DNA of 64,000 nucleotides from Salmo salar (Eukaryota): NCBI RefSeq assembly GCF_905237065.1, contig NC_059464.1, positions 3,047,803 to 3,111,802 of the forward strand, read 5' to 3'. Shown piece by piece: positions 11,896 to 22,870 of this stretch (position 1 is its first letter; each line of letters starts with the position of its first letter). The notes under the pieces were generated by a model. It saw only the letters and a program-made list of their open reading frames with translations, ran no database searches and was not told where the DNA came from. The position numbers and the translations under genes were made by a program.

Positions 11896-12998
11896 TATAG
11901 AACCAGTCAAAAGTTTGGACATGACGACTCATTCGAGTTAAAACATTTTTTTAAACTATTTTCTACATTGTGGAATAACAGTGAAGACATCTAAACTATG
12001 AAATAACACATATGGAATCATATATTAACCCACAAAGTGTTAAACAAATCAAAATATATTTTATATTTGAACCAACAAGCGTTATGATAAAACTGGCTTT
12101 CATGAGGACCACCAAAGGAAAGGAAGACCCAGAGTTACCTCTGCTGCAGAGGATAAGTTCATTAGAGTTCGAGAAACAGACACATCTCAACATCAACTGT
12201 TCAGAGGAGACTGCGTGAATCAGGCCTTCATGGTCAAATTGCTGCAAAGAAACCACTACTAAAGGACACCAATAATAAGAAGAGACTTGCTTGGGCCAAG
12301 AAACACGAGCAATGGACATGAGACAGGTGGAAATCTGTCCTTTTGTCTGATGATGCCAAATTGAGATTTTTGGTTCCAACTGCTGTGTCTTTGTGAGATG
12401 CATTGTAGATGAACGAATGATCTCCACATGTGTGGTTCCCACCATGAAGCATGGAGGAGGTGGTGTGATGGTGTCGGGGTGCTTTGCTTGTGACACTGTC
12501 TGTGATTTATTTAGAATTCAAGGCACACTTAACCAGCATGGCTGCCACAGCATTCTGCAGCGATACGCCATCCCATCTGGTTTGAGCTTAGTGGGAATAT
12601 CATTTGTTTTTCAACAGGACAATGACCCAACACACCTCCAGGCTGTGTAAGGGCTATTTGACCAAGGAGAGTGATGGAGTGCTGCATCAGATGACCTGGC
12701 CTCCACAATACCCTGACCTCAACACAATTGAGATGGTCTGGGATGAGTTGGACTGCGGAGTGAAGGAAAAGCAGCCAACAAGTGCTCAGCATATGTGGGA
12801 ACATCTTCAAGACTGTTGGAAAAGCATTCCAGGTGAAGCTGGTCGAGAGATTGCCAAGATTGTGCAAAGCTGTCATCAAGGCAAAGGGTGGCTATTTGAA
12901 GAATCTCAAATATAAAATATATTTTGATTTGTTAAACACTTTTTTGGTTACTACATGATTACATATGTGTTATTTCATAGTTTTGATGTCTTCACTAT
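11895..12998 (+). mobile_element. Tc1-like transposon of a different subfamily (ITR TATAGAACCAGTCAAAAGTTTGGACA...), with internal deletions
   Basis: ORFs 12393-12650 and 12604-12915 give transposase DDE and C-terminal segments (VVPTMKHGGGGVMVSGCF; FQQDNDPTHLQAV; LHQMTWPPQYPDLNTIEMVWDELDCGVKEKQPTSAQHMWEHLQDCWKSIPGEAGREIAKIVQSCHQGKGWLFEESQI). The right sub-terminal repeat ends at about 12998. Confidence 0.8.
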
Positions 12999-12999
12999 T

Positions 13000-13960
13000 A
13001 TTCTTTGGACCGGTCGTGTAAGTAGAGGTAAAGTGACTATGCATTGATAATAAACAGCGAGTAGCCGCAGTGTAAAAACAAAGGGGGGCGGGGGGTGTGG
13101 TAGATGCAAATAGTCCAGGTGGTAGTTTGATTAATTGTTCAGCAGTCTTATGGCTTATGGGTAGAAGCTGTTTGGACCTAGACTCCGGCACCACTTGCCT
13201 TCCTCTGACACTGCCTAGTGTATAGGTCCTGGATGGCAGGAAGCTTGGCCCCAGGGATGTACTGGGCTGTACGCACTACCCTCTGTAGCGCCTTATGGTC
13301 GGATGCTGAGCAGTTTCCATATCAGGCAGTGATGCAACCGGTCAGGATGCTCTCGATGTTGCAGCTGTAGAACTTTTTGAGGATCTGGGGACCAATGCCA
13401 AATATTTTCAGTCTCCTGAGGGGGAAAAGGTGTTGTTGTGTCCTCTTCACAACTTTCTTGGTGTGTTTGGACCATGATAGTTTGTTGGTGATGTGGACAC
13501 CAAGGAACTTGAAACTATCGACCCGCTCCACTACAGCCCAGTCAATGTGAATGGGGGTGTGTTCGGCCCTCCTTTTCTTGTAGTCCACGATCATCTCCTT
13601 TGTCTTGATCACGTTGAGGGAGAGGTTGTTGTCCTGGCACCACACTGCCAGGTCTCTGACCTCCCTATAGACTGTCTCATCGATGTCGGTGATCAGGCCT
13701 ACCACTGTTGTGTCGTCAGCAAACTTAATGATGGTGTTGAAGTCATGACTGGCCATGCAGTCGTGGGTGAACAGGGAGTCCAGGAGGGGATTAAGCACGC
13801 ACCCCTGAGGGGATCAGCGTTGTAGATGTTTTATTGCCTACCCTTACCACCTGGGGCAGCCTGTCAGGAAGTCCAGGATCCAATTGCAGAGGGAGGTGTT
13901 TAGTCCCAGGGAAATAAGTTATTTCTGGTCACTAATCTGGATATGCGTGCCGGACTTTGT
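13000..13960 (-). mobile_element. LINE 3' fragment covering the C-terminal part of RT plus the 3'UTR
   Basis: Minus ORF 13322-13798 reads ...FNTIIKFADDTTVVGLITDIDETVYREVRDLAVWCQDNNLSLNVIKTKEMIVDYKKRRAEHTPIHIDWAVVERVDSFKFLGVHITNKLSWSKHTKKVVKRTQQHLFPLRRLKIFG, with the FADD RT motif. ORF 12970-13194 (...SRSKQLLPISHKTAEQLIKLPPG) is the tail shared with 32225-32395 and 49245-49400. Confidence 0.7.
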
Positions 13961-14574
13961 GTTCTAATGCTGATGACTGGTCATTGGTCAACAATCAAGA
14001 CATGCATGTTTTTGGTTCTGAAGCATAGATGAGAATTTAACGACCACTTGCGTGCAATGCGTTCAGAACAACAAAGACACATTTTTTTCTAGATTTGTTT
14101 TTACATTTTTGGGGGAAATTATACCACAACAAAAAGGGCACTTTGGAAACTGGAAGGGAAAAGGGGCATGTGCTCTGCACAGGTAGAGCTCTATCTGTGC
14201 ATGTGCTCGTCTTGCTGATAGAGAGATTAGTGCACATCATAGCAAAATGGTTTGCAAACGACAGTTCATGTAACCCCTCCTTTTTCAGTCCATTTTCTTC
14301 CATGTGGTGTCTGATGAATATACCCAGGCAACTATCTCTTTTTTTTTCTTTCCTCTCATCTGTTATTGTTTCATAAAGGTTGTCCCACACTGCATGGCCT
14401 GATAACAGACTGGAGTGGGTATGAGAAAAGGAAGGTATAGCGTTCAACAAGTCAAAACAAAATAAGTCACAATGATGTGGAGGTGTAAAGCGTCAATGGA
14501 TTTAATCAAAGAGAAACCTCTGTGCTTGTGAATTGGAATGTTGTTTCTTCAATAACAGCATTCAAACACAGACA

Positions 14575-14640
14575 CAGACATAAGCTCGCACGCACGCACG
14601 CACGCATGCACACACACGCAAAAACACACACACACTTTAG
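14575..14640. repeat. (GCAC/CA)n microsatellite
   Basis: Read directly. Confidence 0.85.
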
Positions 14641-15285
14641 CTGAGAAAAGGTTCCTAGCTGAAGCCACTGTAGCTGCGTCACGTCCTGACCAGAAAAGGG
14701 GTCATTTTGTTATTGTAGTTGGTCAGGACGTGGTAGGAGTGTGTTTGTTTTGTGTGGTTTTTTTTGGGGGGGGGGGGGGTTATGATCTATGTTAATATAT
14801 TTCTATGTTTGTTCTAGTTCTTATATTTCTATGTTTTGTTTATTGGGCTGACCTTCAATTGGAGGCAGCTGTTCCTCGTTGCCTCTAATTGAAGGTCCTA
14901 TTTAGTAGGGGTGTTTTTTCCATGGGTTTTGGTGGGTAGTTGTTCCTTGTATAGTCAGAGCACCTTACAGGACTGTTTTTCGTAGTTGTTTTTTGTTTAA
15001 GTGGTTTGCTTTGGTTCCCTTCTTAATAAAGAAGATGAGTATTCATATACCCGCTGCATTTTGGTCCCATTCTTACGACGCATCTGACAGAACTACCCAC
15101 CAACAACGGACCAAGCAGCGGAGGAAGGAGCAGCAGAGGTATTTGGAGTCGTGGACATGGGAGGAAATTTTGGACGGGGCAGGACCATGGCACCAGGCTG
15201 GGGAGTACCAACGCCCTAAGGAGGAGCTGGAGGCAGCCAAGGCGGAGCGGCGCCATTACGAGGCGTTATACGCACGGATTGGCGA

Positions 15286-16200
15286 GTGCGAGAGGCAGCC
15301 CCCCCAAAAAATTGTGGGGGGGGGCACACGGGTAGTATGGCTAAGTCAGGTCGTAGACCTGAGCCAACTCCCCGTGCTTATTATGGGGAGCAACGGATCA
15401 TGAAAGCACCGAGCTATGCGGAAATGCGCACTATATTGCCCAGAAGCATTCAAAGGCCGGTGCGATTGGTTAAAGCTCCTCAGTATAGCCAGGCGAAGTT
15501 TAGCACTCAGCCAGGAAGGGTTGTGCAGGCTGTATGCTCCAGACCTCCAGTGCGTCTCCAGGGTCCAGTTTACCCTGTTCCTGCTCCTCGCACTAGCCTT
15601 GAGGTGCGTGTCCCTAGTCTGGCGCCTCCAAAGCCAGCCCCACGCACCAGGCCTTTAGTGCGCCTGCCCAGTCCAGTACGTCCTGTTCCTGCTCCTCGCA
15701 CTAGCCTTGAGGTGCGTGTTACCAGTCTGGCGCCTCCAAAGCCAGCCCCACGCACCAGGCCTGTAGTGCGTCAGCCCAGTCCAGTACGTCCTGTTCCTGC
15801 TCAGCGCACTAGCCAAGAGGGGGGTGTCCCTGGTCTGGTGCCTCCAAAGCCAGCCCCACGCACCAGGCCTTTAGTGCGCCTGCCCAGTCCAGTATGTCCT
15901 GTTCCTGCTCCTCGCACTAGCCCTGTGGTGCGTGTTCCTGGTCTGGCGCCTCCAAAGCCGGCCCCACGCACCAGGCCTTTAGTGCGCCTGCCCAGTCCAG
16001 TACGTCCTGTTCCTGCTCCTCGCACTAGCCCTGTGGTGTGTGTCCCTAGTCTGGTGCCTCCAAAGCCAGCCCCACGCACTAGGCCTTATGTGCGCCTGTA
16101 CAGTCCGGAACCGACAGAGACGGCCTACAGTCCGGAACCGACAGAGACGGCCCTCCAGTCCGGAACCGACAGAGACGGCCCTCCAGTCCGGAGCCGATAG
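15286..16200 (+). repeat. Internal minisatellites of the LTR element; the long proline-rich ORF is probably not a host gene
   Basis: A roughly 120-bp unit (CCAGTCCAGTACGTCCTGTTCCTGCTCCTCGCACTAGCC...CCAAAGCCAGCCCCACGCACCAGGCCT) repeats about 4.5 times over 15540-16080. It is followed over 16090-16260 by about six copies of the 27-bp unit CAGTCCGGAACCGACAGAGACGGCCCT. The 304-aa ORF reads PAPRTRPLVRLPSPVRPVPAPRTS... repeatedly. Confidence 0.6.
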
Positions 16201-16548
16201 AGACGGCCCTCCAGTCCGGAACCGACAGAGACGGCCCTCCAGTCCGGAACCGGCGCAGCCAGAGTCGCCCTCCAGTCCGGAGCTCCCAGAGTCGTGCCTC
16301 AGCCCGAGGTCTCCAGCGACGCGCCTCAGCCCGAGGTCTCCAGCGACGCGCCTTAGCCCTGAGCCTTCAGCGGGGGTGGACAGGTTAGGTTGGGGACTAG
16401 GGCCAGAACCAGAGCCACCTCCGTAGGGGGGAGTATTGGGGAAGGGGGGTGTTTGCACAGGAACTGTCGGTGACGGTGGCCACCCTCCCTTCCCTCCCTG
16501 TAGTTTTGGGGTTTTGTTGTGGGGTTTTTGTTTGTGTCTTATGGTTAA

Positions 16549-17645
16549 CCCTTTCACACGTACAATCACACGGGGTGTGATCATTCTACAGTGGTCCCTG
16601 AAGCGTACGATCACACCCTGTGTGATTAGAACACTCATTTAGAACGGCCAGTTTCGAATGACGCAACAATCAACATTTGAGCTGGCCACACTTTTTTCAG
16701 AAACTATTTACACAAACACAGTCCTTACAAAGTTATGTCCAGAATGTGAGCAGTTTATTTTTGGATGCAATGTTCAGATATTCACAGAAGTATCTATAGC
16801 ATAACACAATCATCCTAACCGGAAAAATGTAGGCTACATTTGTCCTAGCGCTGAGGAAAGATTGACGCAACACAAGCGGTCATATTTTCTAACTATCGGC
16901 TGACATAAACTACACTATGAATTAGCTAATAGCAATTACTATGTACAATTAATCACATCACGGGTGAGCTCACCGTTGATCAAAATAATTGAGTAAAACA
17001 CTTTCTAGAAATCGAAAGTAATCCGACGATTAGTTTCAGCGCGCAGCCATGCATTTTTTCCTCACAGAAACCGAAGATAATAAGAGAAGACAAGATGAGT
17101 TGTTGAAGGGGTGTGGTCTACCATCATTCACATCCCACATTCACTTCCTGAAGTTCTCAAAAAATGAGTGAACCCTTACTCACCTCATTTTGTTATAGCA
17201 TCTTTGGTCCGACAGACGATCAAGTGAAACCCAGAATGCATTGTATGTCAACAAACATGGCTCCATACACAAAGCTGGAATTAGCTTAGCTCATCATAAT
17301 CAGTACAACCTTCAAAACATTATTTTACACACATACTATGCGCCCTTTACAATTTATGCAAAAATCGGAATGCATGATTTATCACGGGTAATTGAAAAAC
17401 GTAAATAAAATAGTAAATATATCAATAATACCACACAAAACATTTTCTGATAGTGATTTATTGATACAAATTGCGCGTTTAGGCAGTCAATCACGGTAAC
17501 CTCTCACTCCCACTCTGAGCCATTCAGTGTTGTTGTTTATGTAACAATCACATCCTGGAATGGAGAGAACGTTCGAACATCACGTGCATAAAAAAACTCA
17601 CGCTGGGGCGACCGTTAGAGATATTTGGAACTCACGCGTGAAAGG
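16549..17645. mobile_element. Non-autonomous piggyBac-like (TTAA-target) element nested in the LTR element
   Basis: The termini are TTAA|CCCTTTCACACGTACAATCACACGGGGTGTGATC and ...CTCACGCGTGAAAGGG|TTAA, giving a 13-bp TIR with one mismatch. TTAA is present on both flanks (16545-16548 and 17646-17649). A subterminal inverted repeat ACACGGGGTGTGATC / GATCACACCCTGTGTGA is also present. No transposase-like ORF was found. Confidence 0.55.
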
Positions 17646-18349
17646 GTTAAGGTGCATTCGGTGTCTGCACCTTTGGGGGAGGGTACTGTCACGTCCTGAC
17701 CAGAAAAGGGTCATTTTGTTATTGTAGTTGGTCAGGACGTGGCAGGGGTGTGTTTGTTTTGTGTGTTTCGGGGTTTTTTGGGTTATGATCTATGTTAATA
17801 TATTTCTATGTTTTGTTTATTGGGCTGACCTTCAATTGGAGGCAGCTGTTCCTCATTGCCTCTAATTGAAGGTCCTATTTAGTAGGGGTGTTTTTTCCAT
17901 GGGTTTTGGTGGGTAGTTGTTCCTTGTATAGTCAGAGCACCTTACAGGACTGTTTTTCGTAGTTGTTTTTTGTTTAAGTGGTTTGTTTTGGTTCCCTTCT
18001 TAATAAAGAAAATGAGTATTCATATACTCGCTGCATTTTGGTTCCATTCTTACGACGCACCTGACAAGCTGAGAGGAGAGTAAACTGAATCCTACGGTTG
18101 GCTTAAAAATAATACAGCAAACAATGTGTCACTTTTGGGTTTTATAAGAGAAAAACCAACATGGCCTCAGGTTTTAATAGAACCTGTGTGTATTACATGG
18201 CTCTCCAGATCAGAGGGAGAGAGAGATAAAGAGGGAGAAAGAGGGAACAGAATGGAGGAGAGTGGCTGAAGATCAAAAAAACAAAAAGCAGCACCTCAGG
18301 AACCCTGATACAATCCCTTTGGTGTGCAGGGAGTGGAAGAAAGGAGGGA

Positions 18350-18560
18350 GCATGTGTGGGAGGAAGAGAGAGAGAGAAAGCGAGAGAGATAAAGAGAGAG
18401 AGAGAAAGAAAGAGCGAGAGGGATGCAAAGAGTAGAGTATAGAGGGTTGATTTTTTTTGGGGGGTGATTTTTTACGAAGGGAAACGGTCAGGATCCTTCA
18501 CCCAAGGGACACCTATTTGTGCCGTCTGTCCACACACTGACCAGAGGAAGAGAGAGAGAG

Positions 18561-18594
<34 letters not shown>

Positions 18595-18600
18595 TGGCAG
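18350..18600. repeat. (GA)n microsatellite blocks
   Basis: Read directly. Confidence 0.85.
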
Positions 18601-18671
18601 AAGGAGAAATATGGCGAGAAGGACAGGGAAGGGAAAGGCAAGACTAGGGAAGATGTATGATCCTCTGTTAT

Positions 18672-18678
18672 TATCCAT

Positions 18679-18766
<88 letters not shown>
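18672..18766. repeat. (GT)n microsatellite, about 47 units
   Basis: Read directly. Confidence 0.95.
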
Positions 18767-18770
<4 letters not shown>

Positions 18771-18939
18771 ATGTGCTTTTGTAGCTCAACATGTGTGTGA
18801 GAGTGAGTAGCATGCATGTATCATTAGTCATCATTAGACACAATTTATACAGAGACAGAGACAGAGAGACAGATGCTGTAGCTGGCAGCATGTCACATTC
18901 AGCTCTGTTCTACCACTGCAATCATCCCATGATGAAGAG

Positions 18940-19065
18940 GGAGAAGAGAAGAAAAGAGAGAGAGAGAGAGAGAAAGACAAGACAAGAGAAGAGAAGACAA
19001 GCAAAAAAGAAGAGACAAGCGAGAAAGGAAGAGAGAGAGAGGGAGAGAGAGAGAGAGTAAATCCA
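18940..19065. repeat. (GA)n / (GAGAAA) microsatellite
   Basis: Read directly. The ORFs across 18464-19147 are repeat artefacts. Confidence 0.85.
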
Positions 19066-19254
19066 ATACATGCCCTGTGATTAAACACAAAGGTTCGTTA
19101 CTGTTGATATTGAAGATTAATGCTGGCGAGCCTTTCAAAAGCCTCATAAAGAAAGGCAGTGATTGGCAGATAACACATCAGACATTGAATATATCTTTAA
19201 GCATTGTCAAGTTAATAATTATGCTGTGGTTGATGTATTAAACCACCCAGACAC

Positions 19255-20268
19255 ATCAAAGATGCAGTTGTCCTTTTGAACTGAGCTGCAGGACAGGAAG
19301 GAAACTGCTTAGGGATGTCACCATGAGGCCATTGGTGATTTTAAAACAGCTACAGAGTTCAATGGCTGTGATGGTAGAAAACTGAGGCGGGACCAACACC
19401 ATTGTAGTGACTCCACAATAATGACCTAAATGACAGTGAAAAGAAGAATACAAATATTCCAAAACATACATATGTATGCAAGAAGGCACTAAAGTAATAC
19501 TGCCAAAAACACACAGCTAAGGAATACATTTTTTGGCCTAAATGCAAGCCTTATGTTTTGGGAAAATCCTACAACACAACACTGAGTAACTGCCTCCTTA
19601 TTTTCAAGCATGGTGGTGGCTGCATCATGGTATGGGTGTGCTTGACGTTGGCAAAGACTGGGAAGTTTTTCCAGGGTGAAAAGAAACGGGATGGAGCTAT
19701 GCACAGGCAAAATCCTGGAGTTAAACCTGCTTCCGTCTGCTTTACACCAGACACTAGGAGAGGAATTCACCTTTCAGCAGGGCAATAACGACACAAAGCC
19801 AAATCTACACTGGAGTTGCTTCCCAAAAAGACAGTGAATGTTACTTAGTAGCCAAGTTACAGTTTTGACTTAAATCTGCTTGAAAATCTATGGCAGTACT
19901 TGAAAATTGCTGTCTAGCCATGATCCCCAACACCTTGACAGAGCTTGAAGAATTTTGAAAAGAATAATGGGCAAATATTGTACAATCCAGGTGTGCAAAG
20001 CTCTTAATAGACTTACACAAGAAGACACAGCTGTAATCACTGCCAAAGGTGTTTCTAACATGTATTGACACAGGGGGATGAATACTTATCTAATTAAGGT
20101 ATATTAGTGTTTTATTTTTCATTAATCTTAAAAGAAAAAAGGAATTTTTCTCACATTTTGACAGAGTAATTTGTGTAGATCGTTGACAGAAAAGGAAGTG
20201 AATCCACTTTGTAACACAATAAAATGTGAAGAAATCCAAGGGAGGTGTAGACTTTCTATATGCACTGT
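19255..20268 (+). mobile_element. Tc1-like element, 5'-truncated, the same subfamily as 3500-4283
   Basis: It is collinear with 3500-4283 (HGGGCIMVWVCLTLAKTGKFF...FTFQQGNNDTKPNLHWSCFPK...). The right ITR is CAGGGGGATGAATACTTATC...AAATCCAAGGGAGGTGTAGACTTTCTATATGCACTGTA, ending at about 20268. Confidence 0.7.
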
Positions 20269-20269
20269 A

Positions 20270-20960
20270 GGTATTCTTCTTGTCCAGGTTGGATAGGGCG
20301 GTGTGTAGTGCAACCGCGATTGCGTCGTCCATGGATCTGTTGGGGCGGGTGTGGTGAAGATGATATGGTCCTTGATTTGCCTTTCAAAGCACTTCATGAT
20401 GACAGAACTGTGCGACGGGGCGCTAGTCATTTAATTCAGTTACCTTGGCTTGCTTGGGAACAATGGTTGCCATCTTAAAGCAAGTGGGGACGACAGACTG
20501 GGATAGTGAGAGTTAAAAATGTTCGGAAACACTCCAGCCAGCTGGTCTGCGCATGCTCTAAGGATGCTTGGGATGCCATCTGGACCAGCAGCCTTGCGAG
20601 GGATAACACGCTTGAAGGTCCTACTCACGTAGGTTACAGAGATAGGGAGCCTGCAGTCCTCATGAGAAGCAGGGGCCCACTATCGGCGGCTGTTTTCCTC
20701 AAAGCTGGTGAAGAAGATGTTTAGCTTGTCTGGCAGTGAGGCATCTGTGTCCACGACGTGGCTGGTTTCTTCTTTATGATCCTTGATAAGTCCCTGCCAC
20801 ACGCATCTTTTGTCTGAGTCATTGAATTGCGACTCCACTTTGTCCCTGTACTGTCTTTTTGCCTCTTTGATTGTCTTGCGGAGGTTATAGGGGGTCTGTT
20901 TGTACTTGTTCATGTTTCCACTCATTTTACTGTGGTTAAATACAATGGTTTGCACTTTGT
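20270..20960 (-). mobile_element. LINE RT fragment covering the N-terminal RT domains
   Basis: Minus ORF 20440-20628 reads ...RKAAGPDGIPSILRACADQLAGVFPNIFN. Minus ORF 20128-20430 reads ...SVIMKCFERQIKDHII. It belongs to the same family as the plus copy at 47880-49420. Confidence 0.6.
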
Positions 20961-21149
20961 TTATTCCTCAGCATAGCACTCACCTCCCGCTCTCCTTCTC
21001 TCCAGCTCTCTCTTTCTTTCCTTTACTCCTTTTCTCTTCCTCCATCTCTCACTCTCTGTGCATGCATGAATTAATATGGAATATCAACATTATATAGAAA
21101 TTGATAGTGCTTTTTTTAGGGGGAATGGCTAAGATTCATTAATGCGAAT

Positions 21150-21159
21150 CCACCACGTC

Positions 21160-21215
<56 letters not shown>
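21150..21215. repeat. (CT)n microsatellite
   Basis: Read directly. Confidence 0.9.
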
Positions 21216-21223
<8 letters not shown>

Positions 21224-22399
21224 CCACTATTGCTAAAGCGAAACGAAATATAACATCAACAATAACAGTAACAAATCTTAAATGTATAGTGATGGTGATA
21301 AGAGAAAGTGACAATATATACACAGAGGTGTCATGACGTGGCCCTTTCTGGGTATAGATCGTGGCATACCCCCCCCCCCTCTCTCTCTCCTACACCCAGG
21401 TTCTGTTATCTCAGTCTCCTGGCTGAGACTCTCTCTCCATGCAGAAAGAGAGACACATAGAGAGAACAAAGGATTTCACATGGCGAACTCCTAAATCCCC
21501 AAAATGGGAATTTTATACAAAATGTCCACTTGTGAGAAGGTGGGAATGGTCCTCCAACAGAAGGACTGATGATTCCAACAGAGATCACAACGACACACTG
21601 GGCGTAAATATATATATATTGATTGCAATTATTCCCAAATGAGTGAGCGTTCATGTGCAAAGGTTTAGCATTTCAATGAATATAATTATAGTAGTACTGT
21701 GTGTAGTGATCCCTCTGTTCTTTCCCGCCTGTCCCCAGTCCACACCCACTTCCCTTTGTCCACCATGCCGTCATATCGGCATAGCCCACTAGGAAACCTC
21801 CCCTGTCATTTCCTTGTAACCATAACTGTTGTTTGTTTATGCATTTCTGTGATTATTTAGTTAGTTAGTAAATAAATGATTAAGACAATTAGTGTATGGA
21901 TGATTCATAGTAAAGGCTGGGTTCGTGCAGATAACCAACAATTTACGACGTTTGGAATGAGACTAACATGTGGTAAAGAATAATTCATTAATTAGAAGAC
22001 TAATTGATCAGATATTAAAATATCTGAAGAGTTATATTAGGAAAATTATAACTTTGTAATCTGAAGATTTTTCTTGGTGCCCCGACTTCCTAGTTAATTC
22101 CATTTACATGATTAGCTTAATCACGTAATAATAATGACAGAGAATTGATTTGATAAAATAAGTCTTCACTTTAATGATGCCAAAGACACGACAGAGGGTA
22201 GAAAACATCAAGAACACCTGCTCTTTCCATGACATAGCTTTCACCTGGTCAGTCTATGATCCTGTATTGATGTCACTTGTTAAATTCATTTCAGTGTAGA
22301 TGAAGGAAAGGACACAGTTTAAAGAATAATTTTTAAGCCTTGAGACAATTGAGACATGGATTTTGTATGTGTGCCATTCAGAGGATGAATGGGCAAGAC

Positions 22400-22660
22400 A
22401 AAAGATTTAAGTGCCTTTGAACGGGGCATGGTAGTAGGTGCCAGGCGCACCGGTTTGTTTTCACACTGAACAGTTTCCTGTGTGTATCAAGAATGGTCCA
22501 CCACCCAAAGGACATCCAGCCAACTTGACACAACTCAATATTAGGAAGGTATTCTTGATGTTTTGTACACTCAGTGTAGAATGGACCATTGTTTTTTACC
22601 TGAGGGTTTTCCTCAACAACAACAGTCTTCCACCAATGATCATTTAAGGGAATCGTTCCC
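22400..22660 (+). mobile_element. Deleted Tc1-like derivative (transposase N-terminal remnant, FERGMVVGARRTGL-type)
   Basis: The plus frame reads ...[42 protein letters not shown]. The same repeat is seen at 30960-31210. Confidence 0.5.
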
Positions 22661-22699
22661 CATGAGGAACTATAGGGGAACCAACATTAACCTCTATGT

Positions 22700-22870
22700 G
22701 GGTGTGCAGTTTTATCACGGTACACATTCTATCACATGACATAGAGTCTGCATCCCAAATGGCACCTTATTCCCCATATAGTGCACTACTTTTGACCAGA
22801 GCCCTATGGAACCTGGTCAAAAGTAGTGCACTATAAAGCAAATAGGGTGCCATTTGGAACGCACACATAG
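22700..22870. repeat. Palindromic MITE-like repeat
   Basis: The sequence reads GCATCCCAAATGGCACCTTATTCCCCATATAGTGCACTACTTTTGACCAGAGCCCTATGGAACCTGGTCAAAAGTAGTGCACTATAAAGCAAATAGGGTGCCATTTGGAACGC. The two arms are reverse complements of each other. Further copies are at 32735-32850 and 63140-63235. Confidence 0.6.

Larger units (their letters stand above)
14677..18066 (+). mobile_element. Non-autonomous LTR retroelement (TRIM/LARD-like): about 400-bp direct LTRs flanking a 2.6-kb internal region with no gag or pol
   Basis: The 5' LTR is 14677-15089 and the 3' LTR is 17686-18066, about 95% identical, running TGTCACGTCCTGACC...CGACGCA(C/T)CTGACA (the 5' copy starts CG rather than TG). A 5-bp AGCTG sits on both flanks (14672-14676 and 18067-18071). 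A purine run, TTTGGGGGAGGG, lies just upstream of the 3' LTR. An AATAAA is found in the LTR near 15020. Confidence 0.65.

Noticed and set aside
14037-14450. A 137-aa minus ORF
   Set aside because: It shows no recognisable similarity, sits between TE fragments, and carries no splice signals I could support.
15286-16200. A 304-aa plus ORF that might be a proline-rich host gene
   Set aside because: It is a conceptual translation of the 120-bp and 27-bp tandem repeats inside the LTR element. It has no splice context and no recognisable domain, and its composition is driven by the repeat unit.
15979-16638. A 219-aa minus ORF
   Set aside because: It is antisense to the same minisatellite and G/R-rich, so it is a repeat artefact.
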